Shown here piece by piece: positions 11,946 through 23,215 of a stretch of 64,000 bases of DNA. Where the stretch lies: NCBI GenBank assembly GCA_965644295.1, contig CBFFRP010000354.1:1-64000 (forward strand), written 5' to 3'. This DNA is from Paraphysomonas bandaiensis. Lineage: Eukaryota > Protista > Chrysophyceae. The first letter of the stretch is position 1; each line of letters opens with the position of its first letter. A model generated the notes under the pieces. It saw nothing but the letters and a program-made list of their open reading frames with translations, was not told the origin of the DNA and ran no database searches. Both the position numbers and the translations under genes were made by a program.

Positions 11946-13694
11946 TTAAGCAGTGTGTATACTATATATGAGATATAACTGATGACTGAACCGAACTTTA
12001 TAGCTCAGCATTTACTGTCAAGTGTGCTGAAATTGAGCATCACGCTGAAATAATTTTCTTACTGTAGCGTTCATATTATTTTGTAGCCTACTTACTTCGC
12101 TATTATCCCTTAAACACATCAGTATTTGGGGAAAATGTATACCCTATTCGTTATGCTTACGTACTCGCGCTGAAATCGATATATGTACAAATGTTTACAC
12201 CTAAATTACACACATCATAACTAACTTATGATGTGTAATAGTTCAATCTTAAAAGTCAACACATAAGTTCTAACCCCCGTACTCTAAAGAACTTAGGCTA
12301 GGCGGTTGCCCTGTAATATTATACTCTTTTGATGGTGACAAGCTGATGGAGCCGGTGAACTCATTAAATGTTGTGTGTTTATGACAACACGCTGTGACCA
12401 ATAATAGCTTAATGAGTTCACCTGTCCTGGTCGAGTCGAATAAGGGTGTAACGTGCGGTTTCAGACGATTCAAGCCAGAATTGTGCTGGAAAAGATGTCA
12501 TTATTTTCGAGGCAGTTCTGTTGCGCTCCTCCACTACATTCATTTTTAGGCTCTATCTGTACTTGTTGACCATTTTGTGTGTTTGTGACATCATGCTGTG
12601 AACAAAGATAGCCATGCATTACATGACTACATAATACTGTGTAAGTCGCGCAGATTATAGTAGGATCATGTATATATATATATCTTCATATTACAACTAA
12701 CAAAGATTACGTGGAGCTTCTCGTAACCATGCATGACGTAGTATAGGCCTTTAGCGTGACAACATTGAGTTGTATGAATGCATGGAGTTTCTCATAATCT
12801 CATATTGGCTATATCCCAGTATAGTGTAGATCTAGCTTGACCTTTCTTGGCACCGACACACAAAGATTACGCTGAAATTTTATCAACAATCTATACGTTA
12901 CTTAACGTAGTCAACACTAACGATTTACTATAGGGCACGCTATCGGAATGGGGCACATATAATGCAACTAATCTCTCTTCCACCTACTACAGAACATTGG
13001 TTTAAATTATTCATTGTAATATTATATTGAGTTAAGTACGCGTGTATGCATTGTATGGATGATTTTTAATATGGATTTGTAATGTTGTAACTAATATTGA
13101 TTAGGTGGATTCACTTATTATTTTTACTAGAAGAAGTTTAACTAAATTAATATGAATAATCTTTTTAGTTTCCGTCTCTAGTGTTGTTGAAAGATATAGC
13201 GTAATTCTCAGATATACACGTTAAATATGGAATAGAATTGTTTAATCAAAACATAACCTCTACTCATTCAACATCTTTTTAAAATATAGTCAATATCCCA
13301 ACCACAATATTTACACATATATTATCAACAATTAAATATACTTCAGTTGTAGTTACACCATTCAACGGCATCAGTTCTCAGTTGCATAATGTCTAACATA
13401 ACTTACTACACGTACGTGTTCCAAACAAACAGTGCTATTATTGCAGTATGTTGTACCCCCTATTCTTTATCCATGCCACACACAATGAAAGAAACTTAGT
13501 GTTATAATTTTGTTTTTATGCAGGGTCTACTAGTTCCCGGCATTTAACGCATCTAATTTGCACTGTTTAAATTTTAAATGTTGATGTTATATAGAATTTC
13601 TTCCTTTCTGCATGCTTGCCATGTTGAGCTTATTACACTGTAAAGCTGGCGCTATAAGGGCACAATTCAATCCATTTATTCCAGATTGCATATA

Positions 13695-14307
13695 AATGCT
13701 TGTGTGGTACAACAACGGACACCAATAAGTGTCACTTGTGTATATTGAAAGTCTTGTTATTTAGCAATAGGCGTTAAAAACTCGTGCCAATATAGTGGCT
13801 CGTTGAATGATAGACATACTAGTCAGACCTCTACCCATAACTAATCAGCACAAATTCTATTATCCTACTATTTAGCGCTACAGAAGCTGCTTGTGCGTCA
13901 AGCACCAACGTGCGACCACACGTCACTTGTGTAGACGTCTTTGGGCCTTGATGAAAAGGCAGGCATCCGGAAATGGGCCCACCTGAAGGGTAACGGGGAA
14001 TTGGGCTGCCTGCTGAAGACAAGCATCTGGGGGTATTAAGGACTCAAAAAAACTGAAGTCAGCAGATGTCAGGTATATTAACATGCTGCTTACTCACGAC
14101 CTTTGCTTTGAGCGATAGAGTGGAGGTGGTGGCACCTTGGTGCTTGCGGCGACGCACAAGCAGCCTCCGTAGCGTTAAATAGAAGGATAAAAAATGTATG
14201 TACTGATTAGTTACAGGTAGACGTCTATCTAGCTTGACTAGTTTTTATCTAGCTACTAAAATGGTGCTGATTCTTAACGCCTATTGCTAATAATAAGACT
14301 TTCAATA
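13695..14307 (+). mobile_element. Family A copy, 5'-truncated, hosting a nested inverted copy
   Basis: Homologous to 4806-5185, with an extra ~80-bp segment near 14040-14120. Ends in AAGACTTTCAATA. Confidence 0.8.
13743..13921 (-). mobile_element. Family A 3'-end fragment (~180 bp) inserted in reverse, 12-bp TSD
   Basis: Reverse complement of the family A 3' end. Flanked by GTCACTTGTGTA at 13731-13742 and 13922-13933, a sequence present only once in intact copies. Confidence 0.8.
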
Positions 14308-14570
14308 ATATATTATATATATATAATATCAACTAAGTACCCCAAATAATTGTGTAGAAAGGCTTTCAGTAGAGCAAAAGTCAACACGAGTAATTTTTTC
14401 AAATCTATAGTACCTTATCGATTAGGGGCCCTCATGATCTTGCGCTTAATAGACTTCTGTGGGATACATGTACGGTTGAAGATGTTATTCGTGCAAGTAA
14501 GCTAATTAAACAATAATTGGCATTTATATTGCAACTTAATTGCTAAAAACCATGCAATTAATAGTTACGC

Positions 14571-14642
14571 AGTCCTGGTTCAACTATATTTGATTTATAG
14601 TTATATAGTCCTGGTTCAACTATATTTGATTTATAGTTATAT
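14571..14642. repeat. Perfect 36-bp tandem duplication at the sulfotransferase stop codon
   Basis: AGTCCTGGTTCAACTATATTTGATTTATAGTTATAT occurs at 14571 and 14607. Confidence 0.9.
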
Positions 14643-15605
14643 ACAGGCGCTGATATTTCCGCACATTCGAATATGCATGATGTTGCAATCTAATAGCATG
14701 TTTGCATAATTATACAATTCAATATCTAAACTATTAAGATATTCCAGAACAACTCGATCTTCAGGTTTTAGCAATGGGTGTCGTTGTGTATTGTAACGCA
14801 CAATACGCTTAGGTAATTGAATTTGATAATAGTCTTGAAGGAGCTGTAACGACTCCTCAAATCTTTCCAGAAGAAGTACAACGCTAAAATGCGCAAGTAC
14901 TGACTTAGCTCTCTCGAGATCACTTCTAGTCATTGCGGAAACATTTTTCCAAAAGGATGGAAGAGTCTTTTTGTTTTCGTGTAGGATCCACATGGTATCT
15001 TTTGTAGTGTCAGCACCTAGAGGAACTGCAGAAGAAAATATTCGAACATAGTAATTCTGCGTGTGGAAAGGTGATGCTCGAGTCCATTCTAACACATCAG
15101 CATACCGAGGATACAATTTCTGAAAGTAAAAGTGAGAATTCAGTCGCTCAATTGGATGTCGAAGTAGCGTAATGAAAGACCACAGTGGACCCTTTTTGTC
15201 AACTGGGAAATCAGAACGATGAAGCCCCAAAAATGAAGGGAGTGGCATAAACTCCGATCCAATCAAGTTTGCACCTCTTTGTTTCATAATTACAGTTAAT
15301 TCAGAAATGGAAAGTGAATGTGGTATGGCAGGCCAATATTTTCCATCTAAAATTGGATTGCAATTATGATTTTTTCCTATTCTAATATTAGCACTAGATT
15401 TTAATATGTGACATAGCGATGTCCCTCCACTCTTATGTAAATGTTGAAACATAATAAATCCATATCCTTTATTAAAGTTATTAGCTACAGTAATATGACG
15501 ATGAAATGGGATACTAGAACATGTTTTTGAATCTATCTGTTGAGTTGTTACTATATGATTATAGATCATGATATGGAGTATGTAGGCTATGAGTAATGAC
15601 CGCAT
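14637..15605 (-). CDS. Secretory/Golgi-type sulfotransferase (322 aa, intronless)
   Basis: N-terminal hydrophobic segment, 5'-PAPS motif FQHLHKSGGTS, 3'-PAPS motif LLRHPIERLNSHFYF and C-terminal NSLDIELYNYA. Confidence 0.85.
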   Translation of the reverse strand: MRSLLIAYILHIMIYNHIVTTQQIDSKTCSSIPFHRHITVANNFNKGYGFIMFQHLHKSGGTSLCHILKSSANIRIGKNHNCNPILDGKYWPAIPHSLSISELTVIMKQRGANLIGSEFMPLPSFLGLHRSDFPVDKKGPLWSFITLLRHPIERLNSHFYFQKLYPRYADVLEWTRASPFHTQNYYVRIFSSAVPLGADTTKDTMWILHENKKTLPSFWKNVSAMTRSDLERAKSVLAHFSVVLLLERFEESLQLLQDYYQIQLPKRIVRYNTQRHPLLKPEDRVVLEYLNSLDIELYNYANMLLDCNIMHIRMCGNISACI

Positions 15606-17597
15606 ATAGATATATAAGTTATATGTATATATGTTTGATGATGATTATTGAGGAGTTTAAATGACGGGAGGCTTCTTTCTCTCTAGATATATTGTGAATA
15701 TGGCGATATAGATACTCCTGTATGTATGTTCTCTACTATGCCAGGTATGCTACGTAGAAGATCATACAGATGTGTCCAGTTTATATGATAATAACAGTAT
15801 ACCCATATGACCAATCATATGTAATACATACTGAATTATTGGTTGAGAAGGATTTAGTGTATGTGTTTCTTGTTGTAGATGTTGGAACTAGAAAAACGCG
15901 TTTCCTACACTCCTACAGTACGAACCACTCTATATATTGCGATTTTTTGATGACATACAGTAAAAACCCCGAGTTTTGTCACTCATGGAGACATCACCAC
16001 TGACACTGTCGCTCATTGGAATGATCGTAGCAATGGATAGTACTCTATTGTGTGTACTGTTGATAACACTTGAGTGCACAATGATTGACAGCTCTCATGA
16101 GCCTCAAAGCGGGATGTCATGGTATGGATCGTGGTGGTAGACCCACTGTGCTGGATGCTATGAATATTATGGTTGATTGGTGAAGGATAAACCAGTCGAG
16201 AATCACTTCTACGCTATTGACGTAAGGCGGGAATTATACCAACTGCTGATATCAACAATGATGAACCGGAAGCTGATGAACACAGCTACGCAGACTGTGA
16301 TAAAACAAAGGCGTGTGGAATCATAACTGATTATCAGAGCCATCAAGATATGTCAATGATCTTGAAGTGCATGAGCTCAGAGAGAGACTCAGGGCTGGCT
16401 CACTATAAATTATTCAGGTAGTCTTTATTTGCCAGAGTAGCAAGTTCTATTACTATTAGATCTTAAATGGTATATAGGCACGTATTTAGTTGCTAATTAT
16501 ATTGTAATATATTGTAAAACTATTGCGATATGTTGCAATAGTATTATTGGGACGCTATCTAACATTAGATTTGCAATATATTGTTCCCTTGTACTGAAGA
16601 GACTTATGTATGATAGACACGTGGTGGAGTTATATGTGCGTGAAATATAATATGTAATCGCTAATTTCACTACAGTTGTGTCCTTCAGTTTACATCCTAT
16701 TTATGAAATTGAACTTACGTACTTGCTGTGAATATGTTTCAGTCTATAGTTAGCATGCTATGAACAAGCGTTAATGTAAGTACATTTGTAATATATACAC
16801 TATACGTACGTCTATGATAATATATATAGTCTACATAATGTAAGATGTGTGTATTCGAAATATATTATTCACAGTCGTGGCCATGCTGAGTGAGTTGTTA
16901 ACAGCCTCAAAACCTCATAAACCTCAACAGAATTGACTTAAAAAGCAACACTGTAAGCTGTAAGGATACATTGTACATTATGCATTATGTTGCTCTCAGA
17001 CTTCAAGCCCCAATCAACTTAGTTACTAACAGGCATACAACTTTAATTCTACCACAACGTATTTTCAACAAGATTTACCATTTCTGCTTATAAGTTACGT
17101 CTACCTTGTAGTCGATTGAAAATACACATACGAAATGTTACAATATTACTATTCTTTTGTTGACACTAAATATATAAGCACAGTGAAATAAATTGTTGTT
17201 TACTCAAATTTTATAAATTTGCTAAAATATGAAATTGAATTCTAGGTTCCACTACATAACTACGAATGCAATGTAAGTATAAAACCAAAACAGTAGAAAT
17301 GGAATAAGTATTGAAATCGAGCAATTGTACTTATCCATGGAAATTAAGGCAGTACATTCCATATGACATAAAGTTGTTTGATAATAAACCATGTGTTTGT
17401 GTTACTACGTATAAATCCCTGCGTATAAGATATATATATGATTCGTTACTGAAATGATAATCCGTTGGAGCTATCTACATCTGGAATATAAGGTAATATA
17501 AATAAGTCTACTAATAACCATCACGTAGTAACAGTGTGTACTGTCGCAATAACAAGCACTGGATGAAATATGCGTAACTTCGGTAATCACATCTGTT

Positions 17598-18086
17598 CTA
17601 CTTTGTTTCTGTGTTTTGTGTCTCTATCTCAGTGTCTAAACGGTGAAAGTCCGGAACAACTTCAGCTGCTTTGGACCCTTCTTTCCACTTCATTATGAAA
17701 TACGCAAGTATACAACAGATGGATGCACACAGAAAACTGAATCCAACTGTGAGTCCGATCACCCATGCCCGTTTCATTTCAGTCTTACATCCCACGGCAG
17801 AGTTATCACCGAAATTCTCGTACGATATAAAACATGCATAGAGCTCATTATTTGCAGAACATCTAGGAGCATCCCGCACAAATTTATCCAACTTCTCACA
17901 CATACACATGTCACATCTTGTCCATTCACCCTTGTCTAATAGTTTGCATTCGTGAACACTGCCATATCATGTTAAATCGGACTGTACAAACAACAATAAC
18001 GACTACCTGTTTCCACACCAACCCCCACTTAACTCCTCCCCCTGAACCCCCCACATTACTATCATTAATATATATCCCCAATTCAT
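17598..18086 (-). CDS. Small Cys-rich single-pass membrane protein (~146 aa, 2 exons)
   Basis: Exon 1 reads MNWGYILMIVMWGVQGEELSGGWCGN (signal-like). A GT-AG intron at 17959-18006 joins it in frame to ...HECKLLDKGEWTRCDMCMCEK...; TM segment WVIGLTVGFSFLCASICCILAYFIM. Confidence 0.65.
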
Positions 18087-18716
18087 TATTTGATTTGACA
18101 ATATGTAGCGTCTATAATTATATTCGACTACCACATCAGTTCGATATATGGAGACTACTTTAGTCCAGGCGAGAGGTATTCAACTTATCGGTTACCAGCA
18201 AACTGTATGTATATCTGTACTCCACAATAACAAGAGATACAGTGATAAAGATCACACCGATTGGTTAACAATCACCTTAATAATAACGTAATTAAACAGT
18301 ACTGACAGTCATATATAGACACACAAACAGCCGAATCAGTTTCTTTGTGTAGGCCGCATGCTAACAAAACGGATTACCGATACGGACTACGGTACGGATT
18401 ACGGATTACTATTAGTTTCCACCTGTATATATAGTATATAGGTACATAGAGAGCAGTACATAGCAGTGTCCAACACACCAGTAGGTGATATACACTGTAC
18501 TGGTATACTCTGTTCAAGTACACTGTGTATGGTGTTATCATGTAGACATATATAACCATAAAGGTACATACATTTATATATACAATAGCTACGTCTAATC
18601 TCATACTGTACCTTCATTACATTAACTCAACTCATATAATCATAACAACTCTCTAAACTAATGTATATCTTCTAGATAATCATTTCAATTCAATAAAGAT
18701 CTTCTTTATCTTTAGA

Positions 18717-20765
18717 ATGCCACCAAGAAATAAGAAAACTACCAACACATCAGTGTTAGTGTTACTTATGATATTATGTTTAATTGTATTCTTTTATATT
18801 ACAGTTAGTCATCATTCTGCTGTATCACAAGAAGGAGATTTATCTAAAATGTACGTAATGTATGTATAGATATGTATGTATGTATGTGTGTAGATGGATA
18901 TATATGCTAATACTATGCAGGGTGCAGCATATTAGAGTCGGAGAAAAGCTACCAGATCTTAAGGTGAGTACTATAGTTAACAGTATATATGTATGTGGAT
19001 AATTGATGGAGTAGTTTCAAGAGGCTCTTATGAACAGAACGAAAGATCTTGAAGACTATCTGTTTCATTCACCTGGCGACCACCCAGTTGTAGCAGATAA
19101 TGTGGGCCATGAAGCGATTTCCAAACCCACAACCGCTGTAGTTCAAGAACAAGACACCAAGGGTGATACAAGTGGCACTTCTCAAAACCATAAGGATGGT
19201 GAACTAGGGAAGAGTGAAGGGGAATGCCCTCGCATAGACCGGGTGAAGTACTGGCGTGAGGAGGCTTCAGCAAGTGATTTAGGATACTCGCCGCCCCTAC
19301 GCAGAATAGGGCCTGAACGAAAATATGTTACATTTGAGCCTGATGTTGGTGGATGGAATAATATTCGGATGCAAATGGAGATGGTGGTGGTATTTGCTGC
19401 CGCCACTGGGCGGACCCTTGTGCTTCCACCTGACCAGGGTATGTATCTACTGGACAAAGGCAAAGGCCACGAAAATGCACATCATTTCTCCGATTTCTTT
19501 CCTTTCGATCGCATTGTAGAAGACAGAGTGGTAGATGTCATATCTATGGAAGAGTTTCTGGCTAAAGAAGCGGCAACTGGACAGCTTAAGGTGACGCCGC
19601 TGTCCATAGAAACAGTTTACAATAGGAACGGTGTAGCGAGTCTCCATCATAGCAACATGTCCAGTAAACAGCCGCCAGGGACGATCATCTACCCCCCGGT
19701 GCACAAGGGAAAGCACAAGGTTAGCTTTGATGCCACCGTGCGTGAAGAAAAGCGGACAATGTGGGCGTATCTACGACAGGTGGGAGCATGTCCGGACTGG
19801 GAACCATTCAAGCACTTCGTGGTAATACCGTCTGGTGGAGAAGGCGGGGGTTATTTACATTGGAAAAATGAATCCTCACAATTAAAACGACTCAAAAAGT
19901 TTGGTGGAGACCGTGTACCCGTGTTATATGATGAAAACTGGCAACGGGAAAGGCTTGTGCACTTTATATCCTTACCAGGGTTTAACTACAGACAGCTTAC
20001 ACACTGGTATACATTCTTGTTCTTTGAGGACGAGTGGACTGATAGATTCTACAAGCGGTTTATAAGAGACTACATGCACTACGTAGACGTTATATTCTGC
20101 AAAGCCTCAATAATAGTAGACTGGCTGCTCAAGGAGGCGGATGGATATGGGTACTCCTCGTTTCATACTAGAAGGTTTTTTTCGCATTCGCATATATATT
20201 TATTATCAACTGCTATGTTCTGACAGAGGCGAGTTACAATATAAAGAAGTGAAAATCCCAGCTTCTCAGCTGCTGGAGAATGTCGGCGAGATGATCCCTC
20301 GTGGACAACTCGTGTACATTGCTACAGACGAACGTAACAAAACATTCTTCGATGATCTGAAACAGAGGTTTCCAAAGGTACAGATCTCATAATTTCGCTG
20401 TTTCTGTCACTTTTTGAATAGTTATATTTTCTGGATGACTTCTTCGAGGAAGTAGGGCTTGGTGCACTTAATCCGAATTTCTTAGGTATATGTTACTCAT
20501 GATTGGCGTGTATTGAAGTAAATATATGGATGTTGTAGGAATGATAGACCAAGTTGTTGCTTCGAGAGGGACGGTGTTTGTAGGGACATGGTTTTCAACG
20601 TTCACTGCTTACATAACTCGACTGAGGGGATACTTAGGCCTCCCTGCGACGAGTGTATGGTATGGGGACGTCAAGCACAGAGATCGCTTTCAGAAATACG
20701 AAGTTCCGAAGTTTCCATATTACATGAGGGAGTGGCAAGAGGCGTGGATAGATATTGATGATTAG
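18717..20765 (+). CDS. GDP-fucose protein O-fucosyltransferase family, type II membrane (6 exons)
   Basis: N-terminal TM in exon 1. Motifs GGWNNIRM...GRTLVLPP, spliced HTRRGEL, VYIATDE and DQVVASRGTVFVGTWFSTFT. Confidence 0.88.
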
Positions 20766-21933
20766 TAGTTTTGTCTTTATTCTATTTGTTAATGTACGTC
20801 CTGTAGGGAATTGCTTAGTCCCGTGCTAGTATATTAGAGTTGGAGGATAGGTATCTAAGCTTTCGATGATGTTGGCGTAATGTATACATATTCGTTTCTC
20901 CTTGATGCGTCAGTATACTCCAAACTCCAAACTGCCTTTGTCAGACTACTTTCTATTGCTTGGCACCCCCTCCTTTCCATAAACATAGGAAGTCGAGTTA
21001 GAAACACTATATACATTCTACCTTATTCAATGATAGAAAATACTAATAAGGGACGATATATAGCCTCCTTATATCTAGCTCATCCACAGGATGTAGCTTG
21101 CTTGCTGCTAATGGAAATAAAAGTAGTGAATGACTGATTCTTAGCAATAGGCGTGTAAGAGCCAGAACTAATGTAATAACAACATATTTAATAATTATTA
21201 TTGGTCTTTAAAATATTATTATTTATTTTGCGGCAATATATTGCAATATATTGTTATCCCCATTTTGTCTCAAAAAAAGCTTTTTTTGACCTGATTTTGT
21301 CTCAACAGGGCGCTCATATCAGGACCGGGCAAATATAGACATTCAACTTCAATATATTCGGTTCAACAGAAGCTTACTTCTATCCTAAGTATGATAATGG
21401 CAGTCATAATATGTACGTGATTTCATTATAGTACACAATTATAGAGAAACCACAATCATGAGTGGAATCATTAGACACTTCAAGTTATATTCCACCCTTC
21501 GTCTGACGATGTGGAAGATCATAATGATGTCAGTGCAAGCGATCTATCTTCATAGCCAGGATTTCGAAATAACTTCAAGAATATTACAGGAGAGTTTAAG
21601 TACCATATCTGATGCTATATAGGCGGTTAGGAGCAGTGGCACCAAGTTCTTTCAGGGTTTGGGCCATATCGTTCTTCTCAGGATATTGTGTGCCTCATAT
21701 CATACACACATCATTCGATCAGGTGCACTTGCAGAGGTTAAGCCTGCTGTATATATATGTAATGATGAGGCTAGTTAAAGGGAATAAGAAGCCTCTCTTT
21801 CACCTACAACTGTTCACATTCATCATCACACTTACAGTATACATAATAATATCATTGATTTGAAACTATATGAGTACTCATTTGTGCTCTTAATGTAATA
21901 CAGCAAGAATGCTACATATAGCTATACAATCTA

Positions 21934-22077
21934 ATATTAACTTTTCAATTTAACCTCTAGGGATAAGGAGTATTGTCCCTTGTCTAAATTTTAAAACTCG
22001 GGCTTTTCGCCCTCGTTTCAAAATTTTGAGCGCGGGACGATATATCCTCCTTATTGCACACGGTTAAATATAACTAT
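21934..22077. repeat. ~144-bp imperfect palindrome (foldback/MITE-like)
   Basis: Nested arms TTAACC/GGTTAA, ATAAGGAG/CTCCTTAT, GTCCC/GGGAC and AAATTTT around GGGC-TTTTC-GCCC. A related fragment lies at ~21049-21072. Confidence 0.7.
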
Positions 22078-22088
22078 CTCGCCCCCTG

Positions 22089-22347
22089 GAACTAATGAAG
22101 CAAAACAATTTAACTAACTAGTGCTTAGTTCTTAACTCTGATACCTACTATTTAGCGCTACGAAAGCTGCTTCTGCGTCAGCGCAAGCACCAAGGTGCAA
22201 CCACCTTCGTTCTTTGCCTTGCTGAACTAGCATATATTATTGCAAAATATTTATTATTGGTCTTTAAAATATTATTATTTATTTCCTCAACAAATTCGGA
22301 CTCGTGTTCTGGGGGATAAGTACCGGAGGTATTTCTCTAAGAAACTA
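22089..22347. mobile_element. Diverged family A fragments (- strand ~22089-22207; + strand 5' end ~22285-22347)
   Basis: CCTACTATTTAGCGCTAC...CAAGCACCAAGGTGC and CCTCAACAAA..GTGTTCTGGGGGATAAGTACCGGAG match family A. Confidence 0.7.
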
Positions 22348-23215
22348 GAAGTCTTGGCAGGTAATGTCTTTATTGCAACCTCTTCGTTATTATATTATTA
22401 TTTATTTTCTCAAAGAACACTCGTGCAATGACTTCTGGTCCCAGTTTATCGCTCATGTTGTCAATTAATTAAGAATGAAGTATTAAGTATATGAATACTC
22501 CAGCTACTCCAGGCGACATCCACCCCAAGAATTCTATCCTCTATCCTCCTTCTCTCCTCCTCGCTCGCTACCATAGGGAAATAGCTCATTTAAAGCTAGA
22601 TGACAGAGAGAATTTGTCGTAAGATTAGATAGATTTATTAATATCGTTTACATGAAGTTGTGATAACCAACACTAACTCATTTTAATTCATGCATAATAT
22701 CCTACATATGCGAACCTCTCGTTACTGACCATAACATCTTGAAAGATCAAACTATTTCAGCTTCTCAAACATCACAGCATTCGTACATCACTATATTTCA
22801 CTGTATTCTCGTACATTGTCTTCAAGTGGCATACTGAATATACTAGAATAAGATCCATATTCTAATACTATAGACTAACTAATAACTGGATTTCCTCAAC
22901 AAAATTAAGTATGTGGGCATGCTTTAGCTTGAGACACAAAGCTTATTACTGCCAGCGAATACAAATGCATAACATGATCCTCATTTACGATAGCATTACG
23001 CAATCATATCTTCGATAATGTGTTGTTGTACTTCTATGAGAAATACTGTCGCATTTCGCATCAATGAAAACGAACCGGTTTCAAAATCGCATACCAATAA
23101 CAAATTGGCTAGGTAATCAGAATTCATTTCCGCAAACATTAAACAGCAGTCAACATTGTAAAATAGTGCATATATATAGTAGTGACATGAGCACAAGTAA
23201 AATACACATAACATT

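Noticed and set aside
13743-14307. MITE with ~180-bp TIRs
   Set aside because: The left arm has its own 12-bp TSD inside family A sequence, so it is a nested insertion.
16228-16421. Open ~64-codon stretch on + (GIIPTADINNDEPEADEHSY...)
   Set aside because: No recognisable motif, start codon or linked exons.
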